Both the position numbers and the translations under genes were made by a program. The notes beneath the pieces are model-generated. The model did not search any database. It saw only the letters and a program-made list of their open reading frames with translations, and was not told where the DNA came from. DNA of 61,438 nucleotides, counting the filler, from Basidiobolus ranarum (Eukaryota): the NCBI GenBank assembly GCA_040143965.1. It is 7 parts of 7 records of this genome, joined end to end, with 100 filler letters (N's around TTAATTAATTAA, not from the genome) between each part and the next. Parts side by side here need not be neighbours in the genome. Positions count along the whole stretch, not along the records: positions 1 to 8,713 come from JASJQH010007810.1; positions 8,814 to 17,520 come from JASJQH010007811.1; 5 more parts are not named here. One strand, given 5' to 3'. Positions 1 to 12,318 of the stretch are shown here, one piece after another. The stretch's first letter is position 1, and each line of letters starts with the position of its first letter.

Positions 1-191
1 CTATCGCATGGCAATAGGCTAAATAAAAAGGATCTGAATCTACCTATCAAAATCCACAACTCCCTTCACTGTTGGTAGTCCCAGGTCAAACTACACAATA
101 CTCAGAACCTGCTGAAGTGACTGAGTGTGTTGCACCTTGCATCAATCAAGTACCTGTAGCAATGCCATGTACTGAAAATTGTGGTCAATGA
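1..191 (+). pseudogene. 3' fragment of a disabled copy of the secreted 8-Cys protein family (array at 29770-34943)
   Basis: Frame from 3 reads IAWQ*AK*KGSESTYQNPQLPSLLVVPGQTTQYSEPAEVTECVAPCINQVPVAMPCTENCGQ*, matching the array C-termini. In-frame stops TAG 15-17 and TAA 24-26. The 3' flank also matches the array spacers. Confidence 0.9.
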
Positions 192-1340
192 GATCTCCAT
201 CTCCACTCAAAATTATTGAATAAGAAGGTACATGAATAAATAAAGTAGGATTTCAGGTCAAAATTGCAACACAGAAAAGGGCTGACCGTAAGACTCTTAT
301 TAGTGTAGTCAAGTAGGATTGCAGTTGAAATTTGCAACACGGGATGTGGTTGACCTGGTGACTCTTATTATCAGTGCAGTCTACTAAGCACAGTTCAGTT
401 ATGCCAATAATAAGAATGTAGACTTCTATATTGATACGAATACATCTCACACATGGGATTGAACAGTTTGCTAACTGTACAGCAGGATAAGAATCAACAA
501 GAACAATCTATTCTGTAAAGAGTTGGATGAATTTAAAACTTTTGTTTTGAAATTGCTTATTCTTAACTAATCAACAATTATTTTCTATGTATGCACCATT
601 TCATAGATATATATGAATGGTTAATGATGCATTGCATAGATATTAAAGATGAAGTAGTCATGTGGAAGAAATACAGTTACTATATATATCAGAAATGTAG
701 GCTTCTACAAGTCAATATTAAGATTATAACTGCACGTGGTTGATACATCTTCCAGTATTATATAGGGCTCCTACTATCGAGAAGATATAGAACTGTAATC
801 CTCAACGGCTTTTATGGTTTTTGAGTGCTAGCAAATAATGATTGTGGTACAAAAATTTTCAAGGTGTGGTCATGGTAGAGTAATTTGAAAATGCAAAATA
901 GTCATTGCAACATGCTTTACGAAATGTTCAGCTTATTGAAATTTCCATGTTGATCAGTGATATCTTCTGTTACACCCACGATGTATTCGGCTCCATCTAG
1001 ATGAATTTTCAAAATTATCCAATATTTCAACGGGTTCGATCACAAGGATTGATTTTACACCGACATGATCTAAGGTTAATATTCATTGTGAGAATAGGTG
1101 AATATTTAGTAATTAGTCTCAAATCTCCATTAATATGGGGACCGAATCGGATTTCAAAAGTCTGTAAATGGCCAACGTCATAGTTGATGAACAAATCGAT
1201 CCAAATGGGACCAACACTAGAATTGTATCGGCAATTATTGAATATACTTTAGCTATTCTAAGAACAGTCACCTATTTTAGAGATGGCGTAAACTAGGTTA
1301 GGAAACTTATATAGACCTTGGGTGTGAATTGAGCGCAGTA

Positions 1341-2336
1341 ATGTTTGCCATTAAGAAAGCCCTCAAGAAATTTACCCACCCGAATTCTACCCCAACAGAA
1401 CAGGTAGCTCCAAAGTTACACGCTTCGGTCTATTATGGTGCTCCCGGACAGGATGCACCGGAAACTTACAAGAAGCATAGAATTGATGTTCTACGAGTAC
1501 AGTACTTTAATCTGCTAAACACTGGTCACCTGCAACGAGTCGATGAAGATCCAGATAATCTTTTCGATACGCAGAATGGATTTTCGGAAGAAAACGTTCG
1601 AGAGTTAAAACAATATTCTAGTGAACAACTTGTGACTGTAGCTGGCCATACTGCTGGAATGCGGTTGATAACTAAAGATGCTAATAATTCCACGACTGCC
1701 ATTACAACACTGGTAAACTTCGTGGAGGAGCACCAACTAACTGGTATAGATATCGACTTTGAGAGCTATAGTGAGTGGGATGACGAGGACTACACTGCCT
1801 ATAAAAATTTCATCTTTGCCCTTGGCAACAAGCTTCACTCGATTGGTAGAAAACTTGCTATCTGTGGTCCAGTTTGGACTTCGGACCACCCACCTTTTAG
1901 ATGGAGGTACGAGGATATTGTGAGCTTACCGGTTGACTATATTACTCTAATGGTGTATGACTATCAATGTGACCACGGTGGAGGCCAGCCTATTTGCCCT
2001 CTTGCATGGTTGAAACGCTGGGCTGGAACAATGACCAAGATCATTCCTGACAATAGATTAGTAATCGGTATCCCGTCATACAGTTACTCTGCCGTGGAGG
2101 ATGAGTACAATATCCAAAATCTAACTCTAGAACAGGTCAAAGAAAAGAACGGATATCAGGGCGGGCGACGAGATCCTTCCTCCGCTGAGGTGATTAAAGA
2201 AGTGGATGGAGTAATGTACGTGATCAATGACAGACACTCGTTAAATACGAAACGAAGGTTGCTCGAACAATTAGGTGTTAAGCATATTGCAGTTTGGCAT
2301 CTTGGTGGAAATGACTGGTTTGGAGATGGGATCTAA
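1341..2336 (+). CDS. Glycoside hydrolase family 18 (chitinase-like) protein, intronless, no obvious signal peptide
   Basis: GIDIDFE (DxDxE) catalytic motif, VDYITLMVYDY, LVIGIPSY and C-terminal AVWHLGG. ATG at 1341 follows a TATA-like element near 1308 (the ORF track starts at TTG 1329). Confidence 0.88.
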   Translation: MFAIKKALKKFTHPNSTPTEQVAPKLHASVYYGAPGQDAPETYKKHRIDVLRVQYFNLLNTGHLQRVDEDPDNLFDTQNGFSEENVRELKQYSSEQLVTVAGHTAGMRLITKDANNSTTAITTLVNFVEEHQLTGIDIDFESYSEWDDEDYTAYKNFIFALGNKLHSIGRKLAICGPVWTSDHPPFRWRYEDIVSLPVDYITLMVYDYQCDHGGGQPICPLAWLKRWAGTMTKIIPDNRLVIGIPSYSYSAVEDEYNIQNLTLEQVKEKNGYQGGRRDPSSAEVIKEVDGVMYVINDRHSLNTKRRLLEQLGVKHIAVWHLGGNDWFGDGI

Positions 2337-2970
2337 GTGAGCATGAATGATTTTGAGACTAGAGTTCGTTCAATCACTTGAATACGGTGTTTTAATCTAA
2401 AAGAGTTGAATTAATAAATGAGACGATCGCAAAAAATTGAAGTGAAAACACATGGCAAAAGAAAAATTGTTCAAAGACTTACTCTGTATCAAATATTTAG
2501 TGTAGCAATAACTACACAGGATTATTTGCTTTTTGAGTTGGTCGACTGCTACTAGCTGACGAGATATCCTTTCTTTTATACCCGGTGGAGAGAGGTTCCT
2601 TAACGTTCTGGTCTTTCCCCATTTGAGCGCAATTAAAAAGGATGTGTCAAAGTAGCAGCCAGGTCACGATTCCAAAGACGAAGGGGAGAATCTTCATTAG
2701 TTTCCTCAGTAGTATTGGCCACGGCCTTTAAACACTGTTAGCTTTTGCACCTGAACAGAAATTAGATTGAACTTTTTACTTGCATATAAACAGTATTTAC
2801 CTTAAAAGACCGTGACGATATACAGTAGGATACTTTTCTCTTTTGTATGGTCTAAGATTTTGGACTTTTTGAAACTTTTCCAGTTCACCGTCCTAGCAAG
2901 CAGGGCACAGACTTGAAGTTTTGAACTCGTCAAGGTGCTTTCTTTGGCTAACAGTTTTCCCATTCCGTCA

Positions 2971-3213
2971 ACAAATCTCGTATCGCTCCTTATTATGTTA
3001 GATATCTCAACGAAAGTGCTACGTAGAATTCGGTATAATTTTGCTTGGGCTTTCTTCTACAACTTCTAGGCTATTTCAGTAGCCACTGGTGTCTTCTACC
3101 CATTATGGTTGCAACCTTTCCCACCTGAACTAGCTGGTTCAGCCATGGTGCTTTCTTCAGTGACAGTGATCTGTTCCTCACTTTATTTGAAACGGCTCCG
3201 TGCCTCAAAATAA
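2971..3213 (+). pseudogene. C-terminal remnant of a P1B (Cu-transporting) ATPase
   Basis: Reads LDISTKVLRRIRYNFAWAFFYNF*AISVATGVFYP...PPELAGSAMVLSSVTVICSSLYLK, with the YN and MxxSS Cu-ligand helices. In-frame TAG at 3067-3069. No upstream ATPase domains recognisable. Confidence 0.8.
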
Positions 3214-6200
3214 ATATGAATCGAGAGAGATAAACACTCTACTGTACGACAATTATAGTCTTACATTATGTACCAACTTGGAACAACATCAGGTACAACA
3301 GTCAAGTCATATCTGTACATAACCTTATAGAGAAATAACGGCATTTATAAAATAAAAAATTCAATATAGAATATAATCTCACCACTGATTTTTGTTTACT
3401 CCAATATTCAGTTTATTGAAAGATAATCTCGTCAACAACCACCTAACTTAAACCATGCATCCTGGCTACTATTTTCGGGAGTATTCTGTGTCTATCTTTT
3501 AGCTTACCAAAGATGCCCGTTGTAGGCAATCTTTTGGGCACAAGTGTAAGCATTATTGCATGTAGTGAGGTGATGGTGGTAGCACTAGTGCTTCCATGTA
3601 TGCAAGAACTAAGAATATTCTAATTGTATCCTAAGTGATAAGATTGAGTTACCTATATCGGTCAGAATAGGTACTCTTTACATTACTATCGTTTCCGGAT
3701 TGAATGGGGCTAGAACAGCTCTTGTCTGAATAGGAATTTGCTTAAGGATCTATATCTTCTTTCTCAGATTGACTAATACTATTTTCATAGTCAGTAGACT
3801 TCTTACCACTTTTGGTACAGCTACCCGCATTTACTTTGATCCCTAATGCTATAACTACAGTTACTGAATCTTGTTAAGATCTGTAGGGGCATATTCGGAT
3901 TTCTCAGGCTTTCCGACGTACTGCTACGTCTAAACTAGCCCCCAGAGTGTTGAGTTATCCACTACGTCGGTACAATACTTACTTGTGCTATACTTTACCG
4001 CATTGTAAGCTGGTAAGGAAGTAGGGGTCTCTATGTTAACCGATAAGGTGGCTGCTGTGATATATCTCATGTATTTAGATCAGTGGAGGATGTAAATAAT
4101 TAGTCAAAACCTACGAAGTCAAGAGAATAATGGTATCCAAGATTGGAAGGGACAACAGTTAATAGTAGTGAGTGCGCAATCTCAATTACTAGAATATATT
4201 TCTGCTTCAATATATCCTTGAGTTCCTGTATCGCTTTGTTAAGCAAGTAATATTGGAATTTCAGCAACTACAGTTCACATTTCAAATGATTTAGTGTATA
4301 ACTATTTATTACCGGTCAATACAATAGCTGGGAAGTTAGAGAAATATGGATATAATTTGATTCATCCAAGAGGATTGGATTGTAATCAAGAAATTGTTCT
4401 TCGACAGATGAATACTTGGGTTTACATATTGATCGCGAGATAGGGGATGACTGTCTAAATAGAACTGATAATCATTGACTGAAAGTTACAATGGAGAAAT
4501 AGTATATATGATTGAATTGCATATAATACATTGATAAGATATTTACACTAGCACAAAGTGCGTTGATATCAGCAACATATGGTTATAAAAGAGAAAGGAG
4601 GTTGAAGGACAGAAGTATTTTCCAAAACATATGAAGTTTTGTATATAAAATACAGCCCGAGATAAGAAACCCTAAACGAAAGACACTATTTATTATCTCC
4701 ATTGATTAGCTCTGTCAATGAGCTTGACTAGAGCACCGGACCAAGCAATGCACGCAACTTCAGTGACAACCATCAAAAAAAATCCAAGGGCGAAACATGC
4801 CCCCAAACAAGTAAATCTCTTAAAGTAGAATGCTCTCTTCAGGATTCCGCTTTTTGTCTCGAGCTCGTCACGTTATCCAAGTTTACATAGATTTCAATGC
4901 GACGTAAATAGTTGCTATTGAAATCAACATAGCCTAAACACCTATATAGTCGTATACAGCTTAGTATTTAGTTATTCCATATTGAACCAAGAGATCTCCC
5001 ACTATTCTCAAGAGAAAGTTGCTTTGAACATTTGGAGAACTTGTCCTAGAGGCCCCTAACTTTGCACATACATTCGTGGGACCGTTCTTAACACATTTTA
5101 CACGTTTGTTTATTTACCTCTTGACAAAACTATAAATGCCGACTTTCTATTCAATAAATCAATAAGTCGAAACCATCACTTCTTCTAGTTCGCCAAACCA
5201 CTTCTAACAAACTCCCAAGATACCTCAACAGTTGCATCACCGAAATGTATCGTATGGAAATGTGAGAAATCGGTTTATCGATCATAGTGAGTTAACCCAC
5301 CAAACTAGAATAAACCTCTCTAGCCAATGGTAGAGAGTTATGAGACTTGCTATGCATTAGTCCAGCTACCCACCAAGCTATCCACCCTTATGATCCATTT
5401 TTTGTTTTGGTCAACTTTGAAATTGCATTCACCAGATAAAGGACAATCATTACCTCTACAATGGACTTTGCAAGTCTTTCCAAAAAACTCTGGCACAAAA
5501 GTTTAGCAATAGGCTAAATATTATCCGTTTAAGCAAGGTATTAGTACATTTTTGCTGCCACCTACTCCATGATAGCAACTGTTTCAATGTTACATTCTAG
5601 AATGAGTTCACCTGAGGGTTTACATCCTTGATATGACAGCAATCTTAGGCATGCTGCGAGAACGAATATGAAAGAGACTTTAATGGCAGACGGGGCTTAC
5701 AAAATTATCCTCTCTCCCGTTATGGTCGTCAGGATGAGGAAGACGCGCAAGAGAACGAATAAAAGCTATTATACACGCATAAAGAATTACCTCGGATTTC
5801 TGGAACAACTGCTGATTAACCATGCACTAGCAAAACTTAATGCACAATATTTTTCCAAAACCGGCTTATCGTTACACCTAAATCAAAAACCTTATAAAGT
5901 AAATTTGGTAATATTAGACTTAATTATAAATCTTATGCAGACTAGAGATTCCTTCTAATTCCTCTAGTGCGGTGGCAATCTTCGTCGGTAGCATCTGTAC
6001 TATCCATATTAACTGGCGACTTCTGGTTCGTAGCTAGTTTTGACCTTGATGATACATATTCATATACCCTTTTAATTACCAACCAGCAGAAATCCCTCCG
6101 ATTATAGACTACAGCTAGTAGATGTGTGATTGCCAAACGATTATATAATACTTCAAACAGATGATTGCAAACCTCGATGCTTTATTTTGAGGAAGATTAA

Positions 6201-6310
6201 TGAAGTAATAGATCCAAGGGTTAGGGTTAGTCCAGTTTATAAATAACTCGAATTTCGATCAACATTTCACTAATAATTAACCCAGACTATAAACCCAGAC
6301 TGCGCCAGGT

Positions 6311-7712
6311 TCAAATCCCCTCGGTAGAATTTAGTTCCGTGGCATCAGACAATTGTTGTAATGCATCTAATTGGTCACAGAAGCCTGGGCAATGGCGATC
6401 AATTTCCTCCTTCCGTTGAACATGACTTATAGTGTCAGTTTTCTTATGTTGCGCTTGTTTCCTATGCTCTTCCCGAAGAAATTCCCTGTACTCCACTGGT
6501 ATAGGCAGTTGCAGTAGCTCCACAATCTTTTCAATCTTTCCCTCAATGTTCTGATATAGCTCAGTAAATGAAACTATTTGTACATGCTGCTTTCTCTGGA
6601 TCAAAGACTTGGCAAACTCAATTTCCTCTCTGTGACCGCGATAAATATAATTCATCATGATACTCATAAAGGCTGCATGGGTGAACGGATCAAACTTTGC
6701 GATATACAGTGTAGCCCCGCTGAGAAGTTTCAGTAAGCTAGGTATACTTTCTTCGGGATTTCGATAGATAAATATGAAGCGTGCATCGGGATATGTGTCT
6801 GTGATATGCCTGTATTCACCATTCCAACACATCACCCACTTGGCCATGTAGACAGACTGCTCATTCCCTCTCCTAAACAGTACCTTCTTCACCATCTTCT
6901 TATGGAAGTCAAACATTCTTCGACGCATGGACTTATCCAGAGACATATAGTTGGTAAAGAGCTTCATGCTCTCTGAGCTTGGATAATAAAATAATTCCGA
7001 AACAGAGAACAGAAAATGTGCCGCGAATGACATGTTGTCTTCTTCCCATTTGTCCATGCTCATACGATGCATCTTGCTTAGCTGATTCACCTCGCCCTTA
7101 CCAAATGGATCCAGTTGTTTTTTCATCCAATTATTAAAGTACTTCTCATCATAGAACCCAATAAAATCTACCAAATACTGCAGCCACAAAATCGGATACA
7201 TGTACTCCCATAATTTCAACGCCATAACGTGTTTGTCGTTAGTTGCGAGAAGATCCAACAGTTGAGTAGTGCCTGACCTAGGCTGACCTAACAGGAAGAT
7301 AGGAGACTTGACTGCAACTAGATGGTACAAAGGAAACAGTATCTCGTCAATCCACCATGCGATGTTGAATAAAGGCTGTCGCAGAAAAATGGTGTAGAAG
7401 AGTCGGCACAACCCTAGAGTTCTATACCAAGACTATGTTAGTAACTTAGAAGAGTATAGATAGGACCTGTGCAAAATGTGGATACCTGACATGCAGAGGG
7501 ATCGATGTATCCATTAATGAACATCGTATGCTTGTCAGTACATACGGGCCTACCACAAATGGCGCAAAATAGGGGGTGATTACGTAGAAAGCAATCAGCC
7601 AAAGTGACCACCCTAGTGCATAGGCTGTGGTCCATAGTAATAGTACTGGAGATACATGAGATGCCAGCTGCCAAGCGATAAGATCAAATCTTATATCGGA
7701 TACTTGCTTCAT
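6311..7712 (-). CDS. PAPS-dependent sulfotransferase with hydrophobic N-terminal anchor, 2 exons (~445 aa)
   Basis: 5'-PSB loop GQPRSGTT and 3'-PB motif IYRNPEESIPS. A 64-nt intron at 7422-7485 (GTATCC, branch TACTAAC, TAG) joins ORFs 7446-7712 and 6311-7411 in frame. Confidence 0.85.
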
Positions 7713-8713
7713 ACAGAAAAGAAGAGAGGGGGGATTTTCCTACAGTTGGATTACCAGGAATGGCATTTATACTCTTGCGCATTCATACGAACCATTGCGT
7801 GTGATTAGGTTATGACGCACAAATACACCACAATGTTTCAACCACTGTCTAATATGGCAATACATCAGCGCGTGAACCAAATTTCATCTGCCCACATGTA
7901 ATATAGGTTTATCTACTTACATGTATATATTTCCTTCTCAATGCAGCAAGGTGTTCTACTTGGGCGTAGAGTTGAAAATCCTTACTATTATGAGTACTAT
8001 TACGGTTCGTGGAATGTTTAAATGGAGACCATGTTAATTATCCAACATCCTCCTCTTTCCCACCCTTGCCCTATGTATAATCCTTCATTATGGCTCTATT
8101 CTTTAATGAAGAGTCATTGGTATAAGATGCGGATTTTTCCGCAATTTCTATTTACAATTGACACATATCATCTACATTGCTATTTGCTAGCTCCTACTGA
8201 TTCTTCCGCCTTTGGTGGCAATCCACGTTAATGGAGCCATAGCTGAAATCTAGTAAATCTCATTGGCATCGTTAGACGAGACGATTGGTAACTCTTCTTG
8301 TATACTTTATCTTCATTAAAATATATCGGGTTGTTTGAAATTGCTCAGTGAAAATGTCTAATCATACGCTCATCCTACTGGTTCTAGAATTAGTAAACAA
8401 CACAGACCGCTCCTGACTAATTCGATTGTGTTTACTACTGGATGTTGATACACTAGCGCTTATAACTGATTCACTTTGTTTGCATTAATTTTATGACAAT
8501 TTTGCTGCATTCTCTCCATGTATTAACATGATATCTGTTACATGGTCTTCAATATTATGAAGGTGATCCCACTACTTTTGATGATATTACATACATTTCC
8601 ATAAATCAACAGATGGAGTTAACAACACAGTAACATCACCCAACCGCGAGCCACTAGTGGGCAAACGGAAGGTAAACGTCTGGCGGAGGGGAACACTCTT
8701 CGGAGTCAACCTA

Positions 8714-8813
8714 NNNNNNNNNNNNNNNNNNNNNNNNNNNNNNNNNNNNNNNNNNNNTTAATTAATTAANNNNNNNNNNNNNNNNNNNNNNNNNNNNNNN
8801 NNNNNNNNNNNNN
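8714..8813. other. Artificial contig linker
   Basis: N44-TTAATTAATTAA-N44, giving stops in all six frames. Confidence 0.98.
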
Positions 8814-9929
8814 ATGTCATTCAGTGCGGATTCCAAGGAGTTTCACCTTCTGATCGCGCGCCTAATAGCATTGTAGTCTCGTGCATTTATTGGGAAGCCA
8901 AAGATGACTACTTTATTACTAGTGTGGACTGTATTTACCTTTTGGAATCTCTGATCGCTGTTAGATTTACAGTTGAAGAAAAAAATCGGATCCGCAGAAA
9001 CCTCGAAGGGTTCCGACCACTTACTGTGTCCAAGTGCAAATCCGAATCTGCTGATTTCTTTAAACTGATTATGTCTTTTCCAAATCCGAAGCCAAGAAAT
9101 ATCGAAAAAGATGTTAAAGTATTTCCATGGAAGATACTTCCTCTTGCACTCAAAAAAATCATCGGCAAATACGTAAGTTACACATATATGCACTCACTTT
9201 ATTTAGTTTGTATCCTAAATTTCCTCTCTAGACTACTAGTTACAACAATAGTTCCAATGTTAATGTTGATGCATTTCATAATACATTTGCCCCTAATTAT
9301 GTGAATGAGGCCAAAACCAATACCGGTAATCATTCTCCTTCCCCAGGGCCAGAGGTTGCTGCTCCATTGAAAAACCAAGAGTTGGGACCTACAACATCTC
9401 CATCAGCCTCACCTACTCTGAACCAAGGGTTATATAGTACGTACTTCATTAGTTGGTGCCAGCTCTAATTCTTTTATTCTAACAGTTATCTCTAGCTTCT
9501 CAACCGAACCAGGGAGAGCAGTTAACTGGACCCCATCGGAGACAACATTCATTTTTACAGCGACACTCTCTTGTTGCACCATATAATGTGCCAACCAATT
9601 ATTCACACGTAGCATCTCCAGGAGATTCTGAGCACCTGGCATCCCAACTTACACTGCAATCCTCCATCGATCCCGGAACCATGGTTGCTTTTGACAACAA
9701 TGAAGTCAAAGAAGAGCCGAGCTTTGAGGATGTTTTAAACGATTCGTTTAATGTTCAAGCCAACTACTCCATTCCACCGTACCAGGAATCCACATGGATG
9801 TTCGCTGGTAATGGAGCGATCAACATACCACACACAACCAGCTTTAATGGTAATTCTGGGGTAAATATGAGTAATGGTTTTGCGAGTCTGTACCACCCAT
9901 CGTTTATGATGAGTAATTCCAGAATATGA
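8814..9929 (+). CDS. medA: MedA/Medusa-type developmental regulator, 5'-truncated by contig start
   Basis: SCIYWEAKDDYFITSVDCIYLLE...RFTVEEKNRIRRNLEGFRPLTVSK...FPNPKPRNIEKDVKVFPW is the conserved MedA/Ren1/Acon-3 domain. Introns 9173-9231 and 9437-9495 splice in frame into ORF 9588-9929. Confidence 0.88.
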
Positions 9930-11709
9930 GATCGACTTGATGAATCCCCTGGTTCTTCAAAATAATTCTTGAAGCCTGCTATGATAATAATTTTGCTAAT
10001 TCCCCCACGACAAATACTCTAAATAGCACTTCATTCCTTTTGTAAATAACTTATCCATTTGCTCTTTTTGTATCCTTTCAACATTGGCAGTCTCTGCCGA
10101 GATATATGTTGTGCACGAATTGATTCGACTTTATTTTTGTCCAACTCTTCCTTTAAATGTATTAATATATCTTGCTTCACTTCTATTCGACACTTCATAA
10201 TCATATATGCTTAATGTGCGTTCATCTCAAGTTTTACTCTCGTAACTGTAGCGATTTCCCTACCATTAGTGTATGTAATTTTTTTTGTAACAATCAAGAC
10301 CTCGCACGACACGCAATACACACTTTCATTGGATCTCGACCTCACAATTCACTTGAGAATTAATCTGACTCTTATTACACCAGAAGCAATAGAGAAGCTG
10401 TGACACATTTCATTCAATATTCCTCTTGTCAATCCATATATAATGAGTGTGTGGAACCTGAGGCTGAAAGTGGGCAGATAGTAGCTATTTCCAATCTAAC
10501 CAAACCCTAGTTAGCTGGTTGGTGGGTATCGATACCCTTGTACCACGAACACATTCTCTTAATGTAGATATTAGTAGCATTCCTCCAGATGTTAAGAATA
10601 GCTTTGTTATCCAACTGAGTTCCTAATGAAGGCGCTAGGTGGAGTGTGGAGGGTTGAAAAATGGGCAGAGGGTGGTTACTGAATTCACTTGTGGAAATAT
10701 CACATTTCTTTATAGAATGGGATGAGCACGATGAGTAGCTTGAATAATACTGAAGTGTCTTCCAGTGTGGTTGGTATTACTCTGGATTAGAAAGGCATTT
10801 ACAAAAAAGAACGCTCAAGTGGAAGCTTGAGTATTTTCCTATGGCTAATGGATGTTTAATTAAACAAGATTAACCTTCGGAGTGTTGGGGTTGTCTGAGT
10901 CTGTAAAAAGAGTTTGATCACACAAAAATCAATCACCTATTTCCTCACACATACAAAGAAGTTAGCATTGGATGTACATGTATCCCAGAGGCTCATATTC
11001 TTGTGGTATTCACTGGATGCTTCTAGCAGCAGCATCGAATGAAACTAGGAAATTTTCAGCTTTAAGGAGTAGCAATATAGATTTGCATTTCGACTGGATT
11101 GAATCTGAGCCTACTTTACTGATATGCCAACTTGTTTAGGGCCTCAAATCCATTGGCTTTAAATTACAGTGCTTGACCACATGGAAATTGGAGATGGTAG
11201 TTATTTGTCACCATTAGCCTCTTGTGAGACATTCTGTGATGTCTTGGAATCAAAATTATCAAGATTTGAAGGTTACAGCCGCCGCCATTCTGAATTGAAA
11301 TGCATACCCTATATTAATTTAAACTTTCAGTTTACAAACTCTAGTGATGTGAGAGCTAATTCAATACGTCATCTCTACATGCAGATAAGAAACTACCAAA
11401 TCTATCTATTTCACTCGCTAATATATAGATTTTGACTCAAGAATCTCTTGGTGGTTGTTTTTGAGGGTATTAAGTTCCTGTATTTGTCTACCATATATTC
11501 GTGCTCTCTAGTATATCAACTGGATTACACTTCACCTTATTCTTCTTGTTTACCGTTGTTGAACTAACTTTGATTCTTCCATTTGTGGTTGATAAAGTCG
11601 TACACTTTCAGGTTAACATTTTGCTTTTTCAAGCTTGCTACATATAAAATAACATATCCTTATACGATTCATTCCATATATTTATGTAGATACTTAACGT
11701 ACTACCAAA

Positions 11710-12318
11710 ATGCCAGCGCTTACGTTGGAAAGAGTGACAGATGAAGCTCGAGCCTTAGGGCAACGGCTATATGATGAGGACATTTATTTTGAACCACCTT
11801 TGGATGAGTTCCAGATTGTAGAATTCGAAAGAGACAACTTTATCCGATTGCCTGAGGATTATCGAGCTTTCTTGATTCATATCGGTAACGGTTCTTCAGA
11901 GACTTTCGGACAAGCGGAAGGAATCTTACCTTTAGATGAAGCACCTCATAGATACCCCGTTCCACAATCGGAGCTCCGAGCTCTGATGTCGTTGCCTTTC
12001 CCTCTAAGCAACGACCATAATTACCAGACTAATATAGAAGGTGAGGAATTAAACCAAGGACACTTAGTCATTGGTTACGATGACTACGAAACATTTTACA
12101 TTTTAATAATTGAGGGACCTTGTCGTGGCGAGATTTGGCAGCGCAAACTGGACTTTGGATTTGTGCGCTGTGCTTGTAGAGCAGGACTCTTTTCCTGGTT
12201 AGAGGATAGATTTATGAGTTTGAAGAATCGATTATATTCTTCCAGTAGCAATGAAGACGAGCTTGAAATGGAGCTGGATGAAACAGAGAGCGAAGAAGAT
12301 GAAATCAAAGAAGATTAG
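11710..12318 (+). CDS. SMI1/KNR4 (SUKH) domain protein with acidic tail
   Basis: PPLDEFQIVEFERDNFIRLPEDYRAFLIHIGNG signature, then LVIG...FYILIIEGPCRGEIW...FSWLE. Intronless CDS. Confidence 0.82.
   Translation: MPALTLERVTDEARALGQRLYDEDIYFEPPLDEFQIVEFERDNFIRLPEDYRAFLIHIGNGSSETFGQAEGILPLDEAPHRYPVPQSELRALMSLPFPLSNDHNYQTNIEGEELNQGHLVIGYDDYETFYILIIEGPCRGEIWQRKLDFGFVRCACRAGLFSWLEDRFMSLKNRLYSSSSNEDELEMELDETESEEDEIKED

Noticed and set aside
4692-4890. Minus-strand hydrophobic frame (…KRFTCLGACFALGFFLMVVTEVACIAWSGALVK…)
   Set aside because: Short, interrupted by a stop, and no start, splice model or homology I can support.
8613-8713. Frame ending GTLFGVNL, reminiscent of the GH5 glucanase RGVNLG motif
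   Set aside because: Only four matching residues at a contig end and no coherent upstream exon.
8758-8769. TTAATTAATTAA palindrome recurring every ~8.8 kb, and ORFs running into X residues
   Set aside because: Artificial linker sequence, not biology.
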